In this document: positions 27,504-36,814 of the stretch, piece by piece
Layout of the letters: each line of letters begins with the position of its first letter
Position numbering within the stretch: the first letter of the stretch is position 1
Assembly (NCBI GenBank): GCA_043803245.1
Contig: JAZDKE010000008.1
Location: forward strand, 7,088-71,087
Source of the DNA: Chloroflexota bacterium
Lineage (GTDB): Bacteria > Chloroflexota > Dehalococcoidia > Dehalococcoidales > SURF-40
Reading direction: 5' to 3'
Length of the DNA stretch: 64,000 bases
Program-made: the position numbers and the translations under genes
Notes under the pieces: generated by a model
Seen by the model: only the letters and a program-made list of their open reading frames with translations
Told to the model about the DNA's origin: nothing
The model's database searches: none

Positions 27504-28298
27504 CTAGACCGGGGTCAGGGACTTGATATCGCCCCGGACGCCGATGGTAATCTCGGTCAGGGGGATATCCTTACCGCTGGCGGTTATCGCCTGGCGGGCG
27601 ATATTAGCCAGACCGAAGCAGCAGGGCACTTCCATATGGAGCACCGAAAGGCTCCTGATATCTGTCCGGCGCAGGACCTCGGTGAGTTTCTGAAGGTGAG
27701 CGCCGGAGTCATCCAGCTTGGGACAGGCCACCAGTACGGCGTGGTCTTTCAGGAAGTCGCGGTGGAAGCTGCCGTAGGCGAAGGGCACGCAGTCACCGAC
27801 CAGGAGCACGTCGGCTCCCCGCAGGAAAGGCGCTCCCGGAGGGATCAGGGCAAGTTGTAAGGGCCAATGGGTCAGCGTTGAAGGCTGGGTTGCGGTGGGG
27901 ACAGCCATCTCCCGCTCAAAATGGGTTACGGTGGTCGAGGGGCAGCCGCATGGCAGCTTCTCCTCCTCTGGCCGGGCTTCTCTCCCGAACTGCATGATAC
28001 TGGCTGACGGGCAAGCCCTGGGTGTGCCCCCGGTCTTAGCTGCTCTGGCCCGTGCCAGATGGTGCTCGGTGGCAGTTTCATCGAAACCTTGCGCCTCTCG
28101 CTCCTCAACGGTGATGGCATCCTGGGGACATTTACCCAGGCAGGCCCCCAGACCGTCACAGTATATCTCGCTCACCAGGCGCGCCTTGCCATTAATAATC
28201 TGGAGGGCACCTTCGGCGCAGGCGGGCACACAGTCCCCACAACCGTTGCATTTTTCCTCGTCAATCGTGACGATTTTCCTCATAACTTTAGCTGACAT
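27504..28298 (-). CDS. 2x[4Fe-4S] ferredoxin domain fused to a Cys-containing C-terminal domain of unknown function
   Basis: 264 aa. CNGCGDCVPACAEGAL and CDGLGACLGKCPQDAI. The C-terminal half has HWPLQLALIPP...VGDCVPFA...ACPKLDD...MEVPCCFGL. Confidence 0.7.
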   Translation of the reverse strand: MSAKVMRKIVTIDEEKCNGCGDCVPACAEGALQIINGKARLVSEIYCDGLGACLGKCPQDAITVEEREAQGFDETATEHHLARARAAKTGGTPRACPSASIMQFGREARPEEEKLPCGCPSTTVTHFEREMAVPTATQPSTLTHWPLQLALIPPGAPFLRGADVLLVGDCVPFAYGSFHRDFLKDHAVLVACPKLDDSGAHLQKLTEVLRRTDIRSLSVLHMEVPCCFGLANIARQAITASGKDIPLTEITIGVRGDIKSLTPV

Positions 28299-28316
28299 CT
28301 GAAACCTCCTAATAAT

Positions 28317-28550
28317 TTATTTACGGTCACCCGCTAACTGCCGCCATCTTTCCTCGCCGAGGCACTGGCGGGCCGAAGCGCACCAGTCAATGCAGGCGGG
28401 CATTCGCTCGCGGTAGACTGGTTTGAGGCACCTGGGGCAGCGCATCTTTATCTCGTCGGAGAAGATTTCCACTTCTTCGCCGCAGTTGGGGCACTTGTAA
28501 AGCTCAACTCTCAGGTTCCGGGTATCCTGTCCGGGACATTTCGTCGGCAT
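28317..28550 (-). CDS. small Cys-rich zinc-ribbon protein
   Basis: CPGQ...CPNCGEEVEIF...RCPRCLKPV...CIDWC. I prefer ATG 28550 (SD GGAGGAGG 8 nt upstream). Confidence 0.6.
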   Translation of the reverse strand: MPTKCPGQDTRNLRVELYKCPNCGEEVEIFSDEIKMRCPRCLKPVYRERMPACIDWCASARQCLGEERWRQLAGDRK

Positions 28551-28611
28551 TTTAATCACCTCCTCCGTTCCGCTTCACAAGACCATGATAAAGGATTAAC
28601 CGGCACGGCAC

Positions 28612-28627
28612 TATGATGTAAATCATA
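28612..28627. promoter_or_regulatory. FNR/CRP-like palindromic operator
   Basis: TATGAT-GTAA-ATCATA is a perfect 6-4-6 palindrome with the same geometry as TTGAT-N4-ATCAA. It lies about 70 nt upstream of the Zn-ribbon/Fe-S/HD operon and just downstream of the Crp/Fnr gene. Confidence 0.55.
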
Positions 28628-28657
28628 TTGATTGAAGATGGGGATAAGCTGCCCAGG

Positions 28658-29335
28658 CTAGATCTGCGGGGGGCCTTCAGCCAGAAGTCTCAGTCTGGTC
28701 TCGTCGAGGATGGTGATGTGGCCGCGCACCGAGCGGATGATTTTACCCTGTCCCAGGCGGGCGAGGACGCGGATGGCGGTTTCGGTGGTGGTGCCGGTCA
28801 TATCGGCGATTTCCCGGCGGGTGAAGGGCAGGTCGGGGCCCAGCCGGGCGGCGAGCATCAGCAGCACCCGGCAAATACGCTGCTGGACCCGGCCAGCCGC
28901 CAAATCCCCAAGACGCGCCTGGGCGTCCCGCAGACGCCCGCCGAGCACGCTGATAATCCTGAGAGCAATCTCGGGGTGGGCCGCTAAAAAGGCCAGGAAC
29001 GCCGCCCGTCTGATGGCGATAACCACCGTCGCCTCGGCTGCCTGCGCCGAGGCCGGGTAGGGCTTATTTTCGAAGACGGCCACCTCGCCGAACATTTCCC
29101 CGGGACCGAAGAAGGCTACGATGAACTCCTTGCCGCTCGGTGCTTGTTTTACCACCTTGACCCGCCCCCGCACCACCAGGTAGAAAAATTCCGGCGCATC
29201 ACCCTCCCAGAAGACGAACTCCTCGGGCGCAAGATGGCGTTCATTGGCCAGGCGGGTCAGCTCCCCGAGCTCCGCCTCGCCGAGGCCGGAGAAGATAAGT
29301 GAGCTTGTGAGAATACGGCTAGCTTCTTGCGGCAA
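28658..29335 (-). CDS. Crp/Fnr-family transcriptional regulator
   Basis: 225 aa, with a cNMP-binding-like beta-barrel (FVFWEGDAPEFFYLVVRGRVKV) and a C-terminal HTH (TRREIADMTGTTTETAIRVL). Confidence 0.85.
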   Translation of the reverse strand: MPQEASRILTSSLIFSGLGEAELGELTRLANERHLAPEEFVFWEGDAPEFFYLVVRGRVKVVKQAPSGKEFIVAFFGPGEMFGEVAVFENKPYPASAQAAEATVVIAIRRAAFLAFLAAHPEIALRIISVLGGRLRDAQARLGDLAAGRVQQRICRVLLMLAARLGPDLPFTRREIADMTGTTTETAIRVLARLGQGKIIRSVRGHITILDETRLRLLAEGPPQI

Positions 29336-29409
29336 GTGTTTTTACCTTTCCCGGAAATCTTACGATTATGTAGCAACCAGGTACCCAGGTTAATTTTATA
29401 GGGCAGGCC

Positions 29410-29462
29410 GGTCTTTTTCAACCGGGGCCATAGACCAGTTTCTGAAATGGTTGAAAAAGACC
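29410..29462. repeat. 14-bp perfect inverted repeat with a 25-nt spacer
   Basis: GGTCTTTTTCAACC-N25-GGTTGAAAAAGACC, in the divergent crp/fnr-tkt intergenic region. Confidence 0.8.
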
Positions 29463-29511
29463 GCCCACAAGATTAAAATGGGGCTGGTGGCTAACTTGAA
29501 TATAGGAGTGT

Positions 29512-31548
29512 ATGCCCATGACCACCCCGTCCATCGATGAACTCAGCATCAACACCATGAGGTTCCTGGCCGTCGATGCCGTGGAGAAAGCCAGGTCCGG
29601 TCACCCCGGTATGCCTATGGGCGCCGCGACCATCGCCTACGTCCTCTGGGACCGCTTTCTAAAACACAACCCCGCCGACCCCAGGTGGCCCGACCGCGAC
29701 CGCTTCATTCTGTCGGCGGGACACGCCTCGGCCATGCTTTACGCCCTGCTCCACCTTACCGGCTACGACCTTACTCTGGAGGAACTGAAGCAGTTCCGGC
29801 AGTGGCAGAGCCGTACCCCGGGACACATCGAGTACGGGCTCACCCCTGGCGTCGAGGTGACCACCGGCCCCCTGGGCCAGGGCTTCGCCTGCGGGGTGGG
29901 CATGGCCATGGCGGAAAGATGGCTCGCCAGCCGCTACAATACCCCCGATAACGAGATTATCGACCACCACACCTATGTCCTTGCCTCCGACGGTGATATG
30001 GAAGAAGGCGTCGTCGCGGAAGCAGCTTCTCTGGCGGGCACGCTGTGCCTGGGTAAGCTGATTTGCCTCTACGATAAAAACGATATCTCCATTGAGGGGG
30101 ACACTGCCATCGCTTTCACCGAAGATGTGGGACCGCGCTTCCGGGGCTACCACTGGCATGTCATTGGGCCGGTTGATGGCTTCGACATCGCTGCCCTGGA
30201 AAAGGCGGTTAAGGAGGCCAGAGCCGAGAGGGCGCGTTCCAGCCTGATTATCTGCAAGACCACCATCGGGTACGGCAGCCCCCACAAGCAGGGGACCGGC
30301 GCCGCCCACGGTGAGCCGCTGGGTGAGGCCGAAGTCCGCTTCAGCAAAGAGTGCCTGGGTTGGCATTGTCCCGATGCTTTTACCGTGCCCCCGGAGGTGC
30401 TCGACCACTTCCGCAAGGCGCGGACAAGGGGCCAGCGTGCCCAGCAGGAGTGGCAGACCAGGCTGGCGGACTACCGCCGCCGGCACCCCGAACAGGCCGG
30501 CGATTTGGAGCGGGAGCTTAGCGGTGAGCTGCCGCCGGGCTGGGACGCCGACCTGGAGCGGGTCTTTGCCCGCGACGAAAACCCGCTGGCTACCCGCGAG
30601 GCCTCGGGCCGGGTGTTGAACGCCATCGCCCCGAAGGTGCCCGCCTTAATCGGCGGCTCGGCTGACCTTGCGCCCTCAACCAAGACCGTCCTGAACGGCG
30701 CCGGCGATTTCTCTTTCAGCAACTACCGTGGCCGTAACCTGCACTTCGGTGTCCGGGAGCATGCCATGGGCTGCGTTGCCAGCGGACTCGCACTTCATGG
30801 CGGGGCCATCCCCTACACCGCCACCTTTTTAATCTTCTACGACTACATGCGGCCGCCGGTGCGCCTGGCGGCGATGATGGGTATCCGGGTAATTTACATC
30901 TTTACCCACGACTCCATCGGTCTGGGGGAGGACGGCCCCACCCACCAGCCCGTCGAACAGCTAATGGGACTGCGCCTGGTGCCCGACCTGGTGACGCTCC
31001 GCCCCGCCGACGCCACCGAAACGGCTGAGGCCTGGAGAATTGCCCTGGAGCGGCACGGCGGCCCCACGGCGCTGGTCTTGAGCCGCCAGAAACTGCCGGT
31101 GCTGGACCGTTCGGCGCTGTCTCCGGCCAGCGGTACCCGGCAGGGCGGGTATATCCTCTGGGAAGCTGGGCCGGAGCCGCAGGTCATTTTGATAGCTACC
31201 GGCTCGGAAGTGGCTATCGCCCTCGAAGCGGGCAGACTGCTCAAGGAAGAGAGTCGGGTTTCCGCCCGGGTGGTCTCGCTGCCCTCCTGGGAGCTGTTCG
31301 ACGCCCAGCCGCAGGCTTATCGGGATAACGTCCTGCCCCCGGATATCACCGCCCGGGTCGCCATGGAAGCGGGGACGACCCGTGGCTGGGAACGCTATGC
31401 CGGCTGCGGCGGGGCTATCATCGGCTTGAACCGCTTCGGCATGTCCGCCCCGGGTGGGGTACTATACGAACGTTTCGGCTTCACCGCCCGCCGCATGGCG
31501 GATGAGGCCCTGGGCCAGCTCAAAAAAGGAGGTAAAGCGTGGGCTTAA
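29512..31548 (+). CDS. tkt: transketolase
   Basis: 678 aa. [11 protein letters not shown] and [19 protein letters not shown]. The start could instead be ATG 29518. Confidence 0.95.
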   Translation: MPMTTPSIDELSINTMRFLAVDAVEKARSGHPGMPMGAATIAYVLWDRFLKHNPADPRWPDRDRFILSAGHASAMLYALLHLTGYDLTLEELKQFRQWQSRTPGHIEYGLTPGVEVTTGPLGQGFACGVGMAMAERWLASRYNTPDNEIIDHHTYVLASDGDMEEGVVAEAASLAGTLCLGKLICLYDKNDISIEGDTAIAFTEDVGPRFRGYHWHVIGPVDGFDIAALEKAVKEARAERARSSLIICKTTIGYGSPHKQGTGAAHGEPLGEAEVRFSKECLGWHCPDAFTVPPEVLDHFRKARTRGQRAQQEWQTRLADYRRRHPEQAGDLERELSGELPPGWDADLERVFARDENPLATREASGRVLNAIAPKVPALIGGSADLAPSTKTVLNGAGDFSFSNYRGRNLHFGVREHAMGCVASGLALHGGAIPYTATFLIFYDYMRPPVRLAAMMGIRVIYIFTHDSIGLGEDGPTHQPVEQLMGLRLVPDLVTLRPADATETAEAWRIALERHGGPTALVLSRQKLPVLDRSALSPASGTRQGGYILWEAGPEPQVILIATGSEVAIALEAGRLLKEESRVSARVVSLPSWELFDAQPQAYRDNVLPPDITARVAMEAGTTRGWERYAGCGGAIIGLNRFGMSAPGGVLYERFGFTARRMADEALGQLKKGGKAWA

Positions 31549-32012
31549 GCGTGGCCATTGCCGCCGACCACGGCGGCTTTGATTTGAAATCGGAACTACT
31601 GCCCTGGCTTAAAGAGCAGGGCTTTGAGGTGCTTGACCTCGGGGCGGCGAGCTACGACGCGCTTGACGACTACCCGGACTTCGCCGTGGCGGTAGCCCGG
31701 GCGGTAGCCGGCGGGCGGGTGGCGCGGGGCATCATTATCTGCGGCAGCGGAGTCGGTGCCGGCATCGTCGCCAACAAAATAGCCGGCGTCCGCGCCGCTA
31801 TCTGCCACGACACCTATTCCGCTCGCCAGGGCACAGAGCACGACGATATGAACGTGCTCTGCCTCGGGGCGCGGGTCATCGGGCCGGCGCTTGCCCGGGA
31901 ACTGGTGCTGGCTTTCCTGGGTGCCCGTTTTTCGAGCTCCGAGAAGTATCGCCGCCGCCTGGCAAAAGTCCTTGCCCTCGAAGCTCGGACGCCGGTCTCC
32001 GGCAAAGGCTAG
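31539..32012 (+). CDS. rpiB: ribose-5-phosphate isomerase B
   Basis: 157 aa. [11 protein letters not shown] and [17 protein letters not shown]. It overlaps the tkt stop. Confidence 0.9.
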   Translation: MGLSVAIAADHGGFDLKSELLPWLKEQGFEVLDLGAASYDALDDYPDFAVAVARAVAGGRVARGIIICGSGVGAGIVANKIAGVRAAICHDTYSARQGTEHDDMNVLCLGARVIGPALARELVLAFLGARFSSSEKYRRRLAKVLALEARTPVSGKG

Positions 32013-32076
32013 CTCAGACTGCCGGTAGCCGGGCAATAAATGTAACGGGACGCGATGCTCCTGGGCATCGTTGGCT

Positions 32077-32727
32077 TTAAGCCTGTGGCTGGAATTGCTC
32101 GGCCAGGGACTGGAGGCGGCGGAAGCAAGCGGCGGGCTCCGGGTTTCGGAAGATGGCGCTACCAACGCAAATGTAGCTCGCACCGGTGCGGGCAATCGCC
32201 GCGATGTTGCTCTCTTTGACACCGCCGTCGATGCCGGTCACCACCCCAGGCTGGAGTTTCTTAAACTCCGTTATCTTGTCCAGCACCCCGGGGATGAATT
32301 CGCTGCCGTAAAACCCGGGATTAACCGAGAGAAAGAGAACGCTGTCCACCTCGCTGGCCAGGGGCAGGATGGCCGAGACCGGCGTCCCGGGGTTAATTGC
32401 CAGTCCCACCTCGAGACCGTAGCCTCTGGCGAGGCCGATGACTTCCCGCGGTGATGAGGTCGTCTCGTAGTGGAAGACGATTCGGCTGGCCCCGGCCTTG
32501 TGGAAACCGGCCAGGTGCTCCTCGGGGTGAGCTACCATAAGATGGGCTTCCCAGGTGACCTTAAGCGGGATAGCGGCCAGGTGCTGCCAGGTTACGCTGT
32601 ACGACGGCACGAACTGGCCGTCCATGATGTCAATCTGGACATAGTCGGTGAAGGTCGCCGCCTGGCGGGCCATAGACTCCAGGGCTTTTGGGTCATCGGT
32701 CAGTATCGCCGGTACGATGCGGCTCAA
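32077..32727 (-). CDS. rpe: ribulose-phosphate 3-epimerase
   Basis: 216 aa. VQIDIMDGQFVP, HLMV and GIDGGV. Confidence 0.8.
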   Translation of the reverse strand: MSRIVPAILTDDPKALESMARQAATFTDYVQIDIMDGQFVPSYSVTWQHLAAIPLKVTWEAHLMVAHPEEHLAGFHKAGASRIVFHYETTSSPREVIGLARGYGLEVGLAINPGTPVSAILPLASEVDSVLFLSVNPGFYGSEFIPGVLDKITEFKKLQPGVVTGIDGGVKESNIAAIARTGASYICVGSAIFRNPEPAACFRRLQSLAEQFQPQA

Positions 32728-32894
32728 TTGGTGTATCTCCCGAAAACCGCCTTCGCTAACTTATATTGAAAAAGCACGATATTCCAGATTGGCAGCAAGC
32801 TAGTGGTGTATTTTCACAAATGCGCCTCCGCTAGCCTGGTGGCTTTCTATTCTAGGTTCCGGGACGGCAGGGTGTCAAGGGAACCGGCGCGCAG

Positions 32895-33869
32895 TCACGC
32901 CAGCGAGTACCGGTCCTGCCCGCAGCCGGTGTGGCGGCGCACCTTACCCTGGCGCTCCAAAAACCTGAGGTGGGCCATCGCCTCGCCGGTGGCGAACCAC
33001 CTCTGTACCACCGGGAACTCCTGCCATGATGGGTAGTTTGAGTCCCAGCCTATCCGCGAGGCCACCTGATAAGCGTGCTGGCTTTCACCGTCACCCAGGA
33101 TGCCCAGGACTTCCCTGGTCCTTGCCCGGTGGTGACGCTTTAGCTCGCGAACCCTTCCCCGGAAATTCCGGAAGGGCTGGCGGTGGCCCGGCAGCACCAG
33201 CCTCACCTCAAGGGGTAAGACCTTGTCCAGGCTTGACAGGTAGTCATGCAGGGGGCTGCCGTTGTTGAACCAGGCGGAGACGTTAGGGGAGATTTCCGCC
33301 ATGATGTGGTCGCCGGCCACCAGCAGCTTTTTCTCCGGTTCGTAGAGGCAGAGGTGGCCCGGGCTGTGGCCGGGTGTCTCAAGACAGCGGAAACGGTAGC
33401 CGCCGACACTCAAAACGTTGCCTTCCTTAAGAGGCCGGTAATTCAGGCTGGCCGTTGAAGTATCAGGGCTGCCCTGGGGATTACGGAAGGTCTTTTCGAT
33501 ATCATGCCGGGAGAAACCGTTGCGGCTGGCCTCGTCAGGGATGCGGCGTTCCCCGTAGCCAGACGTCCTGATGAAGTCTATCTCAGCCTGCCCGATATAG
33601 ACCTTCGATGCCGCTCCGGCGAGATTGGAAACCAGGCCGCGGTGGTCGCCGTGGCGGTGCGTTAAAAAAAAATCTGCCCCGGCCGGGTCAACCCCTAGCG
33701 CCCCAAGCTCTCCCAGGAGCCAGTCCCGGCATTCAGGGCGGTTTAAGGCAGTGTCAATAATCAGCGGCCGCTCCCCTGACCGGACAAGATAAGAGTTCAC
33801 CGATTTTAAGGGATTACCGGCTAGCGGCACCTCAATGCGGTAAAGGCCGGGCATTATTTCCTGGCTCAC
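32895..33869 (-). CDS. MBL-fold metallo-hydrolase
   Basis: 324 aa. FLTHRHGDHRG and ETPGHSPGH. Confidence 0.8.
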   Translation of the reverse strand: MSQEIMPGLYRIEVPLAGNPLKSVNSYLVRSGERPLIIDTALNRPECRDWLLGELGALGVDPAGADFFLTHRHGDHRGLVSNLAGAASKVYIGQAEIDFIRTSGYGERRIPDEASRNGFSRHDIEKTFRNPQGSPDTSTASLNYRPLKEGNVLSVGGYRFRCLETPGHSPGHLCLYEPEKKLLVAGDHIMAEISPNVSAWFNNGSPLHDYLSSLDKVLPLEVRLVLPGHRQPFRNFRGRVRELKRHHRARTREVLGILGDGESQHAYQVASRIGWDSNYPSWQEFPVVQRWFATGEAMAHLRFLERQGKVRRHTGCGQDRYSLA

Positions 33870-33933
33870 GGGCTATCGTTACCTTCCTCGAAAAAAATGG
33901 CAGCTTTAATTATAGCGCATCGGGGAGGCCGCC

Positions 33934-35139
33934 GTGTTGACAGCCGCTGGGACGGCCACTATCATTAATGCAGGCTATTTGGAGTATTCGGGAGGTCTGG
34001 TGCGCGGTTCTTTTCGCCTGGGACGCATTGCCGGGATTGAAATCGGCGTAAATTATACCTGGCTGGCGGCCTTCGCCATCATCTCCTGGTCGCAAGCCGA
34101 ATATTTTTTCCCGCAACAAGTCCCGGGGTATAGCCCGGTAATTTACTGGCTTTTGGGCATGCTCTCGGCGATACTTCTTTTTGCCGCGGTACTTTTGCAT
34201 GAACTGGCCCACTCCCTCTATGCCCGCTCCCGGGGAATACCGGTTAACAGCATCGTCTTTTTCATCTTCGGCGGGGTGAGCAACATCAGCCAGGAGGCGC
34301 AGCGGCCCCGGGACGAGTTCCTGATGGCGCTATTCGGCCCGCTGACCAGCCTGGCGATAGCGGCTATTGCCTGGGGAATATGGCAGTTTGCCGGTAAAAC
34401 CCCAGGCCCTCTGGGGGCCACTCTCTACTACCTGGCGTTCATAAACTTACTGCTGGCTATTTTCAACCTGCTGCCCGGCTATCCCCTGGACGGCGGCCGC
34501 GTCCTGCGGGCCATCATCTGGGGGGCTACCGGCAGCATCACCAGGGCGACCAACGTCGCCGCCACGGTGGGGCAGGTTTTCGGCTGGTTACTGGTGGGCT
34601 ACGGCGTGTTTGCCATCTTCAGCGGCAATTTTCTCGGGGGCATCTGGATTGCCTTCATCGGCTGGTTCCTGGGCGGTGCGGCCACGAGCAGCAAGCAGGA
34701 AACGACGCTCAAGGAACACCTCAAGGGGGTGCGAGTGCGGGACGTGATGGAAGCCAACCCCGAGACGGTTAGCCCCCGGATGCTGGTGGCCGACCTGGTG
34801 CGGGATTTCTTTTTTCAGCGTGGCCGCCGCGCCGTGGTCGTCGCCGAAGACGGTAAGGCGCTGGGCATCATCACCCCGACCGATGTTAAGGGCATCCCCC
34901 AGGAGAAGTGGCCCGGTACTCAGGTGGCCGGGATTATGACCCGCAGCCCGCTTTACAGCGTGGCCAAAGACGACGAACTACAGTCCGCCTTCAACCTCAT
35001 CGCCGAGCACGACTTAAACCAGGTGCTGGTGCTGGAAGACGGCCGGGTGGCCGGTCTCCTGAGCCGCGCCGATATCATGCGCTACCTTCACTTGAGCCGG
35101 GAGCTGCGTTTCCCCGCCAGGCCATCCGCCCCCCGGTAG
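33934..35139 (+). CDS. site-2 protease (M50) family protein with tandem CBS domains
   Basis: 401 aa. HELAHSL (HExxH) and NLLPGYPLDGGR, with a C-terminal CBS pair. GTG start with SD GGGGAGG. Confidence 0.85.
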   Translation: MLTAAGTATIINAGYLEYSGGLVRGSFRLGRIAGIEIGVNYTWLAAFAIISWSQAEYFFPQQVPGYSPVIYWLLGMLSAILLFAAVLLHELAHSLYARSRGIPVNSIVFFIFGGVSNISQEAQRPRDEFLMALFGPLTSLAIAAIAWGIWQFAGKTPGPLGATLYYLAFINLLLAIFNLLPGYPLDGGRVLRAIIWGATGSITRATNVAATVGQVFGWLLVGYGVFAIFSGNFLGGIWIAFIGWFLGGAATSSKQETTLKEHLKGVRVRDVMEANPETVSPRMLVADLVRDFFFQRGRRAVVVAEDGKALGIITPTDVKGIPQEKWPGTQVAGIMTRSPLYSVAKDDELQSAFNLIAEHDLNQVLVLEDGRVAGLLSRADIMRYLHLSRELRFPARPSAPR

Positions 35140-35204
35140 CGTAGGCGCTTGCCGGGTCACCCGGTAAGGGTATTATCAGTGTCGTAATCTAGTGGTGGGC
35201 TTCC

Positions 35205-36107
35205 TCAAGCGGCGCTTTTTTGCGCGAGGCCGGCGGCGGCCATGATGTCCGGGACGACCTCCTCGCGACCGATGGCCATGATGTGCACGCCGTCGCAAAC
35301 CCGGTCGCGCTTTAGCTCGGCAATCATCCGGCCGGCAATCTCGATGCCCTTTTTCAAGCCTTCACCTTTGGGCGCCTGTGCCATCTCGCTGATTAAGGCC
35401 TGGGGCACGAAGATGCCGGGCACGTTATCGGTCATGTACTGGGCCATCTTGGCCCCGGTGAGCAGCACGATGCCCGCCAGAATCTTCACCGGGAACTGTC
35501 GGGCGTACTCCATGAATTTTCGGAAATTCTCCAGGTCATAGATGGCCTGGGTCTGGATGAACTCGGCGCCCGCCTCGACCTTTTTCTCGAACTTGATGAG
35601 CTGGGGCTCGATAGGCCGGGCCTCGGGAGTGACGATGGCGCCGGCGCAGAACTTGACCGCGCCGTCAAGGTCATTACCGCCCAGGTCCTTGCCGGTCTCC
35701 AGGAGGCGCACCGTCCGCAGCAGCTGGCTCGAATCCATCTCAAAGACGCCGCAGGCGGTCTTGTGGTCGCCCACCGTGGTCGCGTCGCCGGTGAGACAGA
35801 GGACATTACGCACGCCCCGGGTATAAGCGAAGAGCAGGTCAGCCTGGAGGGCCAGCTGGTTACGGTCGCGGCAGGTCATCTGGAGAATCGGTTCGCCGCC
35901 CCGCTCTTTTATATGAAGGCAGCCGCCGAGGGAGGGGAACCGCATCACCGAACTCTGGTGGTCGGTGATATTAAGGCCGTCAACCTTGTCCTTCAGGAGG
36001 TCGATGTGGTGCAGCATTTTCTCGATATTGGTCCCCTTGGGCGGCGCGATTTCGCTGGTGACAACGAATTTGCCGGAGTCTAAAGCCTCTTTGAAGCTCG
36101 GTGCCAT
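35205..36107 (-). CDS. metF: methylenetetrahydrofolate reductase (MetF, anaerobe type)
   Basis: 300 aa. FVVTSEIAPPKG and DGLNITDHQSSVMR, a TIM-barrel MTHFR pattern. It directly follows metV. Confidence 0.85.
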   Translation of the reverse strand: MAPSFKEALDSGKFVVTSEIAPPKGTNIEKMLHHIDLLKDKVDGLNITDHQSSVMRFPSLGGCLHIKERGGEPILQMTCRDRNQLALQADLLFAYTRGVRNVLCLTGDATTVGDHKTACGVFEMDSSQLLRTVRLLETGKDLGGNDLDGAVKFCAGAIVTPEARPIEPQLIKFEKKVEAGAEFIQTQAIYDLENFRKFMEYARQFPVKILAGIVLLTGAKMAQYMTDNVPGIFVPQALISEMAQAPKGEGLKKGIEIAGRMIAELKRDRVCDGVHIMAIGREEVVPDIMAAAGLAQKSAA

Positions 36108-36123
36108 TGGTCTCCTCCTCGCT

Positions 36124-36768
36124 CTAGGTAACTAGCGTGACGCGTGGCCTGGGGGTCACCTGCGCGTTCTGGATGGGCCGGTAGCGGCGCATTAAGTCGA
36201 GCCGGCCTATCTCCTTGAGGCGCTGGTAAATCAGCGTCCAGGCGCAGTCCTTTTCTTTGCTGACTTCGCACTTGCCGTTGTTGGTGCCGCCGCAGGGGCC
36301 GTTCACCATGTGCTTGTGGCAGTAAGTAATGGGACAGATGCCGCCCGTCCAGCCGATGACGCACTGGCCGCACTGGGCGCAGACTTCGTGGAAATCACCC
36401 GGGCGAAACTCCAGGCCGATGAACAGGGTGTCCAGGGCGGGGATGACCGGCTTCATGAGGTATGAGTTTATCTTCTGGACTCCCAGGGCGCAGGGCATGG
36501 CCAGGATGGCGTCCGCCGACTGGATGGCATCCTGGTTTTCGCGGAGGTTCACCTCGGTCATGTCGTCGCAGGCCACCGGGACTACCGAGACGCCGGTGAC
36601 CATTTTGCCCGCCTGCTTGAGGCGCTCCCTCATCTCGATAACTTCGTCAATGCCGCCGGTGCGGGTCATGGTGGTGCAGGTGCCGCAACCGATGATGAAG
36701 ATACTCCCCAGCCCGTTAAGCTGCTCCAGTATCTCCGCGGTCGGCTTCTGCCTGGTGATTGATTTCAT
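36124..36768 (-). CDS. metV: MTHFR C-terminal-domain protein (MetV)
   Basis: 214 aa. It has the Cys-rich motifs CAQCGQC and CPITYCHKHMVNGPCGG. Confidence 0.8.
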   Translation of the reverse strand: MKSITRQKPTAEILEQLNGLGSIFIIGCGTCTTMTRTGGIDEVIEMRERLKQAGKMVTGVSVVPVACDDMTEVNLRENQDAIQSADAILAMPCALGVQKINSYLMKPVIPALDTLFIGLEFRPGDFHEVCAQCGQCVIGWTGGICPITYCHKHMVNGPCGGTNNGKCEVSKEKDCAWTLIYQRLKEIGRLDLMRRYRPIQNAQVTPRPRVTLVT

Positions 36769-36814
36769 CCTCGTCCTCCCGCTGGAAAACCTCTATTTGG
36801 CGCTGGCTTTCCTA

